A stretch of 64,000 bases of DNA from Gammaproteobacteria bacterium (GCA_965277715.1 OZ255836.1:1-64000), one strand, 5' to 3'; shown: positions 47,753 through 59,270, counted from the stretch's first letter. Notes: generated by a model from the letters alone, not told the origin. Program-made: numbers and translations.

Positions 47753-47981
47753 ACTGCTTGAATAGTTTTACGGGAACATTTACGGCTCCAATAGTAAAAC
47801 GGCTTCAAGTGGATGCCGTTATCCTGGCAAAACTGCGCACCACTCAAACCGGATGCTTGCCATTGTTCAATTTGATTGCGCCAGTACGACGCGCGTTCTT
47901 TATTACTCATACTACACCTAGCGGGTATTGGGTTGCTGTGGTGCAGTGTGAAGGGCGATCAGAGTAATTGGTAGACGCCTA

Positions 47982-48245
47982 TTCTTTGGCGCTTACAGAT
48001 TGATTACCAAGACGCCAGAGCCAAACACTTACCCCTACCAGGAAAGCGAACGCAGGCGCAGAGTAGCTTTCCATATCGATCCAATAGAACAGTAGCCCAT
48101 CAGTAACCGTGCCCAACTCGCGCAAGGCATACCAATCTGACCAGTAATAGACAAAATGTCCCTGGATCATAAATAAAATCGCCAATGCTCTCACTACATC
48201 AATCCAAATGAACCTATCTCTATCCAATGTAATATTCCTGTTTGT
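47982..48245 (-). pseudogene. Membrane acyltransferase-like (DUF1624/HGSNAT-type) N-terminal fragment, cut by IS66
   Basis: RFIWIDVVRALAILFMIQGH...APAFAFLVGVS motif. Confidence 0.6.
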
Positions 48246-48253
48246 TGAAATTC

Positions 48254-50880
48254 TTACTGTGCATCGGCAATCAGGTCGATTCGCGAAAAAAATACCCCAC
48301 ATAACAGCATAGACGCACACAGCATTACTATCGGCCACGAACCCCAGCGAGTATAAAACGTACCACCAAAACGCGGTTTTACCTCACCGTACACACTGTA
48401 TTGGCCAACAGTTGGCCCACGGTTAATCAACACACCATTGTGAGCAATCACGGCAGAAAGGCCCTTGTTACTTGAGTAAAGCGCCGGTTTTTGGCTTTCT
48501 ATAGCCCTTACCCGTGCATTCAGCAACAAATACGAGGCGACCCAGCCTCCGCTAAACCAACCAACATCGCTGGTGTGAACATGCAGGTGGGAACCATGCA
48601 GGCGGTCGCGTAATTCATCGCCGAACAGCACCTCAAAACAAATTGACGCCGCAAGCCTAAGCTCCTGGTAATCGACAGAACCCGTTTGACCCGTCCCTGG
48701 CACCAAACGACTCATATAGGCGTTAGGCAACAGCGTAGACACCCACGAAAACCACGTGGGAGAATATTCACCAAAAGGTATTAAGTGTTGTTTTCTGTAA
48801 CTGGCTTCACCGGTACTCGCGTCGATAATCGCATTGTACTTGCGCTCGCCATCCTGTAAATAGCCGCCAAACAATACTGCAGAGGCTCCCGCTGAAAAAG
48901 ATATCCGTTGATGTACAGGGAAAATGCAAAGCTCGCGTTTATCAAGGGAAGCCGTGTCCGTCACCGGTTGAACGGCTGTTCTGATTATGGCTTGATTTTC
49001 CTGAAAAACCTCACCTAGGCACACCCAGTCACAGCCATCGTTCAAGAGGTGTCGATGGGGATGATCGTGGGTTTGAGTTGGCCGACAACCCCTCGGTATA
49101 AAACCACCCAATCGGGAATCAGGAAGCTGGCAAACAAGCTACGCAGCCGACGCCAAAAGCGCGTTTTGCTCAGCGCCTTGTCCAGCGCATGCTGAAATAG
49201 ACCACAACAGCGTTGCTGGATTTGGTCGATCAAAAAGGCCAACATCATGAGGTGCATGAGCACCGTGGTGAGGTGGCGATGGCCGTGACCGTAGTTGTGC
49301 TCAAAGTGATAGCCTTGGTTCTTCAGGGTGTTAAACGTCTCATTCTCAATGCGCCACCGCGCCCGCCCTGCTCGTATGAGCATCGGTGCATTGTTGGCAT
49401 CGATTTCGATGTCGGTGACCCAGGCAAAGTGCTGTGTTTTACCCTTCGGTGAGGTTTCCCAGTACTCCAGGAAATTCACCTCCAGGTCAAAATGGGTCTC
49501 ATTGAGCGGCACACCATTGAGCGCACGATAACGGGAGGTATACCCGCGCTTATCGGTATCCGTGTGCTCGGCCACCCCGGTGGTTTTGTCAACCCAGTCG
49601 AACAAAAACCTATGATCGCTTTCTTTAGCGAGGGATATTTCAAACCAAACACCGCCAATCCACTCATCAAATGATCCACGAGGGGAATCTGGCAGCGCGT
49701 TTTGTGTTCGGGTATTGCCTCAAAGGCCCGTCGGACCAGGGACAATAGCCCTGGAATACTGACATCCTGGCGAAACACGGTTCTGGGCATCGGGAGAACT
49801 CCAAGCGATTGGCTTGGCGTCACAGGATAACCAAAAACAGATTAAATGTTTACGAAAACTTATTTCAGCACTTTCTCAGATACCGCGTTTTTACTGGGTG
49901 GCTGGGGTATTCAAACCTATAACGGGAAGTGCTGACAATACTGTAGTGCCCATTTTCGCGAGCCGCGAAAAACTATCGGTAAATGCGTCAGCAAGCTGCC
50001 GATAATCAGTGCTGGCAGTAGATTCCGGCCATAAACTGATATCCGGTAAAGGGGCCTGCCCGGCCAGTGCAGCGTAATGCTTTATATGGCGCACAACATC
50101 TGCCCGACTGTCCTTTTCACCCAAATCAAAATCACCTTGTATAACTTGAACGTTAAGGGGCTTGACGTTGAGCGGCTGCGTCCACTGAACCTGGCGTAAA
50201 CTGAAAACGATAAAAGCCAAACACGCCAAACCGCAGCACGCCATCACCAACGTATTCCAGCGCAGCCTAGTCAGCACCAGACACAACAGACCAACACCAA
50301 AATACAACAGTAAACTCAACCCCAGGATGCCTGTAAGTGGCAACAACGAATTAAACCCCCGGTCTACGAGCAGGTAACCCGCCTGTTGCCAGGGAAACCC
50401 TGTCCAAAGCCAACTGCGTATCCACTCGCTAAGGCATGCACTAGCAGGCAATATGCCCAACCACCACCACGCACTTTTCCGCTGTACAAACGTAAAACGG
50501 GTGACAATACTGGCTATAAGCACATAATACATAGCCTGAAGCAGAATAATGCTCAATATAAGTGCCCCGGTAGTCCATTTTCCATGGCCTTCAAAGTGCG
50601 AGGCAATATCAAATAACCAATACAAGCCACACAAAAAGTAACCAATACCAAAGATACCAGCCAACATCAGCGCGTGTCGATAACGACTAATCTGTAGTAA
50701 CCGGTAAAGAAGCACATGGCCAAGCAGCCACAACCAGAAATAGGCGTTGTATTGAAATGCCAAAGCTGCACAAACACCGCTAATAAACGCTATGGCGACA
50801 GCCGGTATAAAGCCAATTGATTGCAGTGAAGTCGATTTTATTAAAGCCACAACCCAAACCTGGTTTCTACTGTTATGCAA
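48254..50880 (-). pseudogene. lnt: Apolipoprotein N-acyltransferase paralog interrupted by an IS
   Basis: TGFPW, VIQG, WPES | YRKQHLIPFGEY, ICFE and RAIE motifs; the halves join as GTTVL-FGGY once 48880-49934 and one TSD copy are removed. Confidence 0.85.
48880..49934 (-). mobile_element. Internally deleted DDE insertion sequence (ISNCY/IS4-like)
   Basis: 9-bp target duplication ACAATACTG; ends CAGAGGCTCCCG / CGGGAAGTGCTG; RARWRIENETFNTLK motif. Confidence 0.85.
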
Positions 50881-51065
50881 GCTAACTCCACACTCAATTG
50901 AAAATAAACCTAATGCCGTTTACTCTATAACAGTTAGGTAGTTACACTTATAAGTATTTTTTTCGCCAACCTGCAAAAAAGAACTTTTTGGTTGTACAAA
51001 ATGTCAAATTATGCATAATTACACTTGCAGTTTAACAAAATTTATTTTAGAGGAGATTTAATACA

Positions 51066-51404
51066 ATGTTTAATAGGATGCTTATATTAGCTACATTACT
51101 TTTATCATCCAATACGGCTTGGGCCATTTCTTCCGAAACCGGAAAAATAACAACACTTCACATTGGAGAAGGTGGCGTTTACGTTTCTGTCTACCTTGAT
51201 GGTACCGATGACAATAGCCAATGTTCAGGAGGGGCCAGATGGACAATACATATAAGTGACCCAATGTTTGAGGGTAAATACTCCACTCTTTTAGCGGCAC
51301 ATATCTCGGGAAAAACCATCGGTCTTAGGCATCTAAGTTCTACATGCGGCCTATATTCAGGTAATATTATCGAGCTGATTAGTTTTCCCAGGCAAAGCCA
51401 ATAA
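51066..51404 (+). CDS. Small secreted protein with two cysteines
   Basis: AGGAG RBS, signal peptide ending AWA, 112 aa. Confidence 0.75.
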   Translation: MFNRMLILATLLLSSNTAWAISSETGKITTLHIGEGGVYVSVYLDGTDDNSQCSGGARWTIHISDPMFEGKYSTLLAAHISGKTIGLRHLSSTCGLYSGNIIELISFPRQSQ

Positions 51405-51450
51405 ACAGAATTCAGTTCAAAGTTTTAAAAAAATTCACAATCGGATAATC

Positions 51451-51476
51451 ACCGGGGGTAATCTAACCCCCGGTTT
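51451..51476 (+). terminator. Probable intrinsic terminator
   Basis: ACCGGGGGT-aatcta-ACCCCCGGT followed by TT, downstream of 51404. Confidence 0.5.
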
Positions 51477-51945
51477 CGACAGAGAAACATCAAGTATTAA
51501 AGACAAGTTGCTGACAGCAGTATACAGCTACTTTGCGGGGAAGATTCACCTATTGCTGTGATTTACCAAACTGCTGTTGTACAAACCCGTGTTTTTCAAC
51601 CACATTATGACCGTAGTAGCATCATGGTTTTATAACGGTAATGTGGCACGCTACAATTAACCCATGACATCATAAGGGGCAACCTACGAGAGTATCGTGG
51701 TCAGCCGACGTTATCGTACGGGTATGATATAGATGGGTAAAATGTCAGATTTTAATAGGGTAAAAATATTTTTTGTTATGATCAGAGTGTGGCAAAAACG
51801 TCGGGAAACTGAACAATATTATGATCGATAATTTGGGAATTTATACGATCAGAAAATGGCACGCTACATAAGACTGCAACTATTCCTTCATGCACATAAC
51901 GATTTTTCCTTGCAATGCGAGGCGAACCATATAAGTTACATTTTA

Positions 51946-52491
51946 TTAGTCAATTTCCGAAGAATCCCCTTTATATTCCTCGGTTGCTAGACCCCATTTA
52001 TTCGAGTTATTAAAATTTAAATTTTGTAGCTCCTTGGAAATATTGTAACACTCATTGTATTCAACCTCTCTCCTACTTAGTTTTTTCCAGCATTTAGCAA
52101 CAAAAGTATTCGTCTCTACGACTTCAAAGTTACCAAGCCTATACACCTCTTCAAGCATGTATATTGAAAGAGCATCATTTTTTGATGCCAAAAAATTTAA
52201 TATCCCCAATATTTTTATTTCACGTTTATACAAATTTTCCCCTAATAAATTTTTTTTATCATAAGCCAATATCAATGCCGACCAACTAAGGGACTGAGTG
52301 TGGCCTGCCATTGCACACGGAAGAAGTGCTTTATACAATTTCTCATAATTTCCTTGATCAAAAAATCTTTTAATCTCCTGATCATATATTATATTTCCAC
52401 AAGAACTCTCTAGCTTTTTGTAACTAGAATAACTAGGAGAAAAAAATAAAACTTGCAGTACAAATAAAAACGATATCAAAAAAAATTTCAC
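51946..52491 (-). CDS. Putative immunity protein for the orphan Rhs CT (secreted, Sel1-like helices)
   Basis: AT-rich, signal peptide, starts 12 nt after the CT stop. Confidence 0.65.
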   Translation of the reverse strand: MKFFLISFLFVLQVLFFSPSYSSYKKLESSCGNIIYDQEIKRFFDQGNYEKLYKALLPCAMAGHTQSLSWSALILAYDKKNLLGENLYKREIKILGILNFLASKNDALSIYMLEEVYRLGNFEVVETNTFVAKCWKKLSRREVEYNECYNISKELQNLNFNNSNKWGLATEEYKGDSSEID

Positions 52492-52503
52492 ATTCCGACT
52501 CCA

Positions 52504-54428
52504 TTAAAATGGGATTACTGCATTATATTGAGTCATGGTATGATTATTGCCTTTATATCTCAAATTGTGCCTCATTAAATAGTAATCTTCTACAATTTGA
52601 CCTTGTTGCTCCAATCCATACTCTCCGAAAGACTTCCCAGGAATCAAGGTATACTCATAGTTTCTATCAAAAATAAAACTCAACAAGCTATATGTCTCAA
52701 TTTGATATTGATACACATGTGTCAATTCATGCATAAACACAGCTTTAGTCACATGATCAGCAGTTGAAAAATCACTCATATATGAGCCGCCTGGATAATA
52801 TATATCTCCACTGGGGGAAACATGAGGACGAGAAGTCGGGATATATGCTCCGTCAATTACTTTTATTCTTTCATAGTTAATTCTTTCCTTAAAGATAGTT
52901 CTTGCTAGTTTCTTTTCTCCTTCAGTCATAGATCTCGACTTTAAAGGCTTTCTCTGCGGCTGATCCCCTCTTTCGTTATACATATAAACAAAAGCCGCCT
53001 GAATAGCCCCCTGCAAAAAATCCCCTCCAGCCGCCTTACTCGCCAAACCACCCAAAATAGATATACCCGCTATATTATCCAGCGCTGTACCTTCTAAATA
53101 ATGCCCTCCAACCTTCGCAACAAACCCACTGGCAAGCCCCGCCTGAAACTCCCCTCCCTGAATTTCACTAATCAATCCCTGAAAAACTCCATGCGCCAAC
53201 GCCTGCGAAAACCACGCATTCTCTCCAGTAAAAATGCCACCATGACCTATTTGATCCGTAACCCTCCACTCACACCACCAATAATCCCTCCCTGAAGCGC
53301 CGCACCAAAATCACCACCGCTGGCGAAATAGCCGTTCACAAACCCCACCAAAGCACCATTGGCTACCGCTGCTCCAGTCGCACCTAACGTCGTTGAGATT
53401 GCCAGGCCCGGTTCTATTATGGTCGTACTGACAACAGTATTTGCCGAAAATACAGGATTGGCTATCAACAACGCACTGGCCACAGCAAAACTCACCGTGC
53501 GAATCGTTGGGTCATCCGTAGTGGACCCGATAACATAAAGCACCGCCGCAACGACAAAGTGCCACCAGTGCCCGGTAGGGTCACTGTACTTCAGCGGATT
53601 CCCCACCACATACATATAGCGGTTATACGCCATCCCCATACCCGGTTCAGGCACCACGCTGTCGGCACTGATAAACCGCCCAATTACCGGATCATACAGA
53701 CGCGCATTCATATTAATTAAGCCAGTTTCCGCTACCGATTCGTGCCCGGTGTAACCACGTAGCTCGTGTCGTTTAAACGCCGGGCTTGGTTTGTTCGCAC
53801 TCAGGTTTTCACCATACGGTGCAAACTGATTGCGCATCACCACATTACCGTGGCTGTCGGTTACCGTATCGACGCTACCCAAGGCGTCACGGTGAATATA
53901 GGCCACCTTATCGGGCGTTTCGGTCGTGCCCACCAGCGTCTTCTCGTAGGTAGCCACGACCTGACCATCAACAAAAATATTGTGTCTGGCACGGTTTATC
54001 ACCTCGCCGTTGGCATCCGTTTCGGTCACAAGCTCCAAACCGGGGGTGATGTAGTAGGTGGTCTGCCCATTAGCCTGACGCGATACGCGGTTTTGTTCGC
54101 TGTCGTAACGGTAATCGACCTGGTGGCCCGACTGGCTGACGCGTGCCACTTTGTTAAAACTGGTCCAGGTGTAACTTCTGCCGTCACCCGACTGCATATT
54201 GCCATTGGCGTCGTAAAGATAGGTATGATTAGCCCCGGTTGGGTCTACCCGACTTTGCAGACGATTGTTGGCCGCGTAACTCATCGAACCCGCGTCGCTC
54301 TTGTGGGTGATGTTGCCTCGGCTATCGTAGCTGTAGCTGCGCGCCAACTGCCGCTGTGGATCGCTATATTGCCAGCTTTGCAGGCGATCCAGGCTATCGT
54401 AGCCGTAGTGCTCACTTACACCTGCCAG
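52504..54428 (-). pseudogene. Orphan Rhs module: duplicated 3' core plus a HExxH metalloprotease-like toxin tip
   Basis: 52973-54428 is near-identical to 59682-61138; a 1-bp deletion near 53262 shifts the frame; tip has FMHELTHVYQ and LEQQG. Confidence 0.88.
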
Positions 54429-55393
54429 AGGAGTTCCAGGGACAGGCATCAAATAATTGACAGATAGTCCCATTCTCTTTTAGGATGGGATCCAACCAGC
54501 GTTAAAGGAACTGACCATGACCCGCCCTCGCAAAGATCAAATTTCACTATCAGATACCCCCTACTACCACATCGTATCGCGTTGTGTACGGCGCACCTTT
54601 CTATGCAGGCTAAACCCACTGACTCAACGTGATTATGAACACCCTCGCCAATGGATTGTCGACCGCATTCGACTGCTCTCGTCGCTCTTTGCCGTTGACC
54701 TTTGCGCCTACGCCATTATGAGCAATCACTACCACCTCACCGTTAAACTCAATCCAGAGCAAATCGACGCGTTAACTGATCAGGAAGTTATCGATCGTTG
54801 GTTAAGTCTGCACAAAGGCTCCTTGTTGATTCAAAAAATGTAGGCGGGGGAAACCCTCAGCAACGCTGAATACCAGGCCATTCGATGTGCCATTAAAACC
54901 ACTTCTACATTTCTCCGAAAACATTAACGCCACTTCTACCGGCATCCCGCTAGACTTTACTGAGTATCTAAATTTGGTTGACTGGACAGGAAGCGCTATT
55001 CGACAAGACAAGCGGGGTTACATGGCTCAAGACCTACCGCCAATATTGCAACGACTCAACATTAATAAGGAAAGTTGGATAAACAATACCCAGAACTTTG
55101 AATCACGTTATTGGAAAGCGTTAGCTCACAAGGTAATTACTGCTGATACTGGGTAGCCATTCAGCCGTTTCACTGTTTCAACTCTCTGGATCTTCTCAAT
55201 CGATTCAAATCGGTTGCTTTCGTTTTGCCTGAAAAAATATTTTTCATTAAAACAAGGTTCAATAACTGGATCATTACACCGAATACCCCCCTAAGTAAGT
55301 AAAAAACTCAGGTTTGACTATCCTGGGCGCTATTTCCAATTTCTCGGGATATCCTTGCATATTTCTATATAGTGCCTGTCCTATTTTCCTCTT
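54427..55393 (+). mobile_element. Y1 (HUH) transposase element, RAYT-like, with a nonsense codon and an internal deletion
   Basis: YYHIVSRCV and AYAIMSNHYHL motifs; inverted ends AGAGGA..AGGGACAGGCA / TGCCTGTCCCT..TCCTCT. Confidence 0.8.
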
Positions 55394-55440
55394 GATAAAT
55401 AGTTTGGGAATTTATACGGCCAGAAAGTGGCACATTACAA

Positions 55441-56055
55441 TTATGGATGATCTCTATCTATTTTCTGTTGCCACCCAATGGATAAAGATTTATTCATCTC
55501 ATACCTAGACAGCAGCAGAATTTTAGCCCTTTCATATTTATCACGGTTATACGTAGGAGAATTTAAGTGAGGGGCTCTTCCTATAGTTAATAACGCTATT
55601 ACTTTTTCTACATTTAACTCTCTCAACTCCAAACCATAATAATAACTAGATGCATTGGAAAGACCCCTACCTTCTTCATATGGCAAATAGTAACCATATA
55701 ACGATAAAATTTTATCATCCGATAAGCTGACAAGCATAGCAAGGCGAACAAGCCAAAATTTTATGGGCCAACTGCTAATTTTTTTCTGCTCGCTATTGTA
55801 ATACCTCATCCCTACTACTTTAGCTACATAGGTCTTGACACTGTTAGGTAAAATACCTGCATCCTTATCTGATCTTTCTACCCATATAATTGTTTGCTTT
55901 ATTTCATTCGTTAGCGCTTTCTCGGACTCAGATAAATTCTGATACTCATTTTGAATAAATTCATTAATTCCACTTAGGTATACATAGCATATACAGAATA
56001 TGAGAATTACGAAGCCTACTAAAACAAAAGAAGTTCTTCTGTACACTAGACTCAT
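55441..56055 (-). CDS. Putative immunity protein with a degenerate transglycosylase (GT51)-like domain
   Basis: N-terminal TM; LSDDKILSLY, GLSNASSYYYG and ELNVEKVIALL..RAP pattern; starts 5 nt after the upstream CT-like ORF. Confidence 0.55.
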   Translation of the reverse strand: MSLVYRRTSFVLVGFVILIFCICYVYLSGINEFIQNEYQNLSESEKALTNEIKQTIIWVERSDKDAGILPNSVKTYVAKVVGMRYYNSEQKKISSWPIKFWLVRLAMLVSLSDDKILSLYGYYLPYEEGRGLSNASSYYYGLELRELNVEKVIALLTIGRAPHLNSPTYNRDKYERAKILLLSRYEMNKSLSIGWQQKIDRDHP

Positions 56056-56060
56056 TTCAA

Positions 56061-56519
56061 TTACCTAAGTCGTTCATTCACAGCATCTAGTAGTCGACGT
56101 GGTGTCACTATACTGGTGAAAGAAATACTGGATTGTTGGCTAATTCCATTGAATGCTGGAATAGTTTCTATTGCATTTGCAATAGTACATGCACAATACA
56201 GTGGACTACGCTCTCCTAATCTATCAATTGTCGCCAATAAATCTGTCACTTCGGCTGGTGAAATATTCAAATCTCTAATAACAACTGTTGAGCCTGTTCC
56301 ATGATGATAAGTTATATAATCTTGAACACTTACATTATATAAAACGTCTCCAGATCCTCTTGTACCTGTTTGGAAACTTCCACCTGGATCATATAAAAAG
56401 CTCTCTCCATTCTGCTGAATCAATAAAGCTGAATGCGTATCAGCCAAATCCTCATCTAAAACGCTTACTAGCTTTGCAGTACTCTTTTCCGCCTTTTGTG
56501 CAAACGCACGACCCCGAGG
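56061..56519 (-). pseudogene. Orphan toxin-tip-like fragment (His...Cys, permuted papain-like?)
   Basis: Frame open from about 56519 with no good start; HSAL, YDPGG and YCA motifs; paired with a downstream AT-rich gene. Confidence 0.45.
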
Positions 56520-56870
56520 CTACATCATAATTCACATCACAGTTTTTCCGGTTCACTCAATTGCTTACAGCCACTTTCCTCCGACGCTTACCTCCATCTC
56601 CAGTAAAAAATTCCCGACGCGCTTTTTTGCTTAACAACACGCCGCCCAGTGCGCACTTTACTCCTTAGTCATCGGTTCAGGCAAGCGGTTAAATGCCGCG
56701 ACAGACTTTCTTCCTTAGCCGCTGTTTTTGCTTTTCAAGAGGGGGCTGTCAGGGCAAAGCGGGTACGAGCAAGGAGCAACGCGACTGCGAGCCGCTTTGC
56801 CCTGACAGCCGGGTGGGTGGGGACAATACCAACGTGCGAAGCACACCTTATGGAGCAAAGCGACGCGGCC

Positions 56871-56983
56871 ATTTACACATAATGTAAATTATGCGGGCCG
56901 ATAGGCCGAACAGACAGCGCCTTGCGCCGACCAGCGGAGAGTGCAAGGTGATGACTGCGCATAATTCCTACATTATGTTAACC
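56871..56983. other. Two inverted dif-like (XerC/D) sites
   Basis: Minus strand GGCCCGCATAA-TTTACA-TTATGTGTAAAT (56899-56871); plus strand ACTGCGCATAA-TTCCTACA-TTATGTTAACC (56954-56983). Confidence 0.65.
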
Positions 56984-57260
56984 GCCAGGCTTGATGGCCG
57001 CCTATAGCCCCCTTCGGGGGTTGGGGGGAAGTGAGTGCCATCAGGCGTAGCCTGTTGGCGCGAGCGCACCAACTCGCCCCATAACACGGGCGATAGCCGG
57101 TGTTATTCCTTATTTCTTTCAATGAACCATAACGAAGCCACTACACTACCAGACCGGCACGATGCAGGCGGGCGCGGCGCTTGCCGGGCTTGAGCACCGC
57201 AGGATTATGCGAAGACCTTGCAAGCGCCGTGACGGCCGGTCAGATGGGTATTGTGTCCAA

Positions 57261-57452
57261 CTACGCTTGACTGTCCTCCATCCGTTCGGCATCAAGTGTC
57301 GATAGCAGTTCTTCTTCGGTGGCATCCGGCTCGGTCTCAGCGTCTGTTTTCTGGTGCAAGGTCGGATGCGTCATCTCGTGGATTTGCTTGAGTTTGACTA
57401 TCGACACATGCGTGTATATCTCGGTGGTGCCAATGCTCACATGCCCTAGCAT
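57261..57452 (-). pseudogene. C-terminal fragment of a Xer-like tyrosine recombinase
   Basis: MLGHVSIGTTEIYTHVS...THP; the 5' part is replaced by Y1 transposase sequence. Confidence 0.8.
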
Positions 57453-58452
57453 ATGAACAATCACTACCACCTCACCGTTAAACTCAATCCAGAGCAAATC
57501 GACACGTTAACTGATCAGGAAGTTATCGACCGCTGGTTAAGCCTACACAAAGGCTCCTTGTTGATTCAAAAAATGCAGGCGGGGGAAACCCTCAGCAACG
57601 CTGAATACCAGGCCATTAGTGATATTGTCGCCGCCTGGCGTCAACGGTTGAGTAGCCTAAGCTGGTTTATGAAATGCCTTAATGAACCCATTGCCAGGCG
57701 GGCTAACAAAGAAGATCAATGTACGGGGCATTTCTGGGAAGCCCGGTTTAAGTCACAGGCACTGCGCTCTGATGAAGCTTTATTGGCCAATATGGTGTAT
57801 GTCGACCTCAATCCCGTTCGTGCTGGTATCGCCGATAGCTCCAAGGTGTCCTATTACACCAGCATTCAGGAGCGGATCACTCCCCAATTCGATCTCAGAC
57901 AGGCCATCCAACAACAAATTACCGGTGAAGAGTTACAACAGTTCGATGTGCCAGTAAAACCACTTCTACATTTCTCCGAAAACATTAACGCCACTTCTAC
58001 CGGCATCCCGCTAGACTTTACTGAGTATCTAAATTTGGTTGACTGGACAGGAAGCGCTATTTGACAAGACAAGCGGGGTTACATTGCTCAAGACCTACCG
58101 CCAATATTGCAACGACTCAACATTAATAAGGAAAGTGGGATAAACAATACCCAGAACTTTGAATCACGTTATTGGAAAGCGTTAGCTCACAAGGTAATTA
58201 CTGCTGATACCGGGTAGCCATTCAGCCGTTTCACTGTTTCAACTCTCTGGATCTTCTCAATCGATTCAAATCGGTTGCTTTCGTTTTGCCTGAAAAAATA
58301 TTTTTCATTAAAACAAGGTTCAATAACTGGATCATTACACAGAACTCCCCCTAAGTAAGTAAAAAACTCAGGTTTGACTATCCTGGGCGCTATTTCCAAT
58401 TTCTCGGGATGTCCCTGCATATTTCTATATAGTGCCTGTCCTATTTTCCTTC
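57453..58452 (+). mobile_element. Second Y1 (HUH) transposase element, 5'-truncated
   Basis: Matches about 54718-55393 and keeps the segment deleted there (GHFWEARF, YVDLNPVRAG). Confidence 0.82.
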
Positions 58453-58739
58453 TTTATGGGGAAGATACACCTATTGCTGTGATTTACCAAACTGCTGTTG
58501 TACAAACCATCTTTTTTTCAACCACATTCTGATCGTAGTAGCATCATGGTTTTATAACGGTAATGTGGCACGCTACAAATGAAACAATTTAGGCTAAGGT
58601 TCATTTGAAATTGGGTGGTGTTACGAGGCATGATAAAAAACAATAAATGCAATGGTTTGTATTTTATCATAGAGTAAGCTTAGCTTGGGTGGTAATTGGA
58701 TATTTCTATATAGTGCCTACCCTATATTTCTTTTTGTTT

Positions 58740-59270
58740 TCACTCACAAGGGTTAGATAGTTGTTCAGGCGCACGAAAATTATTCAAATAGTACTCTATA
58801 TAATTTACCATTTTCTGTTTTTCCATTGCATTTGATATTTTTTGCAAAATTCTTTGTATATTTATTTCACCATCAGTAAAGTTTGTTGACAACTTTATTT
58901 TTTTAAGATCTATTTTATTGTACATCCAAAAAGCAATAATTTCTTCATCATCATTAAGTACTGCGTTAAAAAATGACACCGATTCGTCATAGTTTTTATT
59001 TTCTTTCACGTAGTTACAAGATATTTTTATTAAAAATTTAGAAACTTCTTTATTTCTTTCGTTCGATAAATAACGGTAAAGCAAGTAATCTATTGTTGTC
59101 AAACCTTGTTTTTCTTGATACTCCCAACCAAAAATTTTTTTTATTGTTAATTCAGACATATTTCTCACTATATTTGAATTACTTTCTAAACCATAAATTA
59201 GATACCTTCCTGAATATAAAAATACAACTAAAGTAATTAGCAAAAAAGAGATTTTAAAAACCATTCTCAT
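58740..59270 (-). CDS. Putative cognate immunity protein of the main Rhs toxin
   Basis: TAATG stop/start overlap with Rhs; very AT-rich; N-terminal hydrophobic segment. Confidence 0.7.
   Translation of the reverse strand: MRMVFKISFLLITLVVFLYSGRYLIYGLESNSNIVRNMSELTIKKIFGWEYQEKQGLTTIDYLLYRYLSNERNKEVSKFLIKISCNYVKENKNYDESVSFFNAVLNDDEEIIAFWMYNKIDLKKIKLSTNFTDGEINIQRILQKISNAMEKQKMVNYIEYYLNNFRAPEQLSNPCE

Larger units (their letters stand above)
42567..47981 (-). mobile_element. IS66-family element: tnpA split by IS4, tnpB 43987-44355, tnpC 42589-43919 with an internal deletion
   Basis: GTAAGCGCCC end; VDFRK (tnpB); DGLPLYRQ, MDET, VDGY, NVLAENAIRP and SLIETAKANG (tnpC). The far end is approximate. 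Confidence 0.88.

Noticed and set aside
56649-56887. Small ORFs over the hairpin region
   Set aside because: They overlap palindromic, probably structural DNA and show no RBS or protein motif
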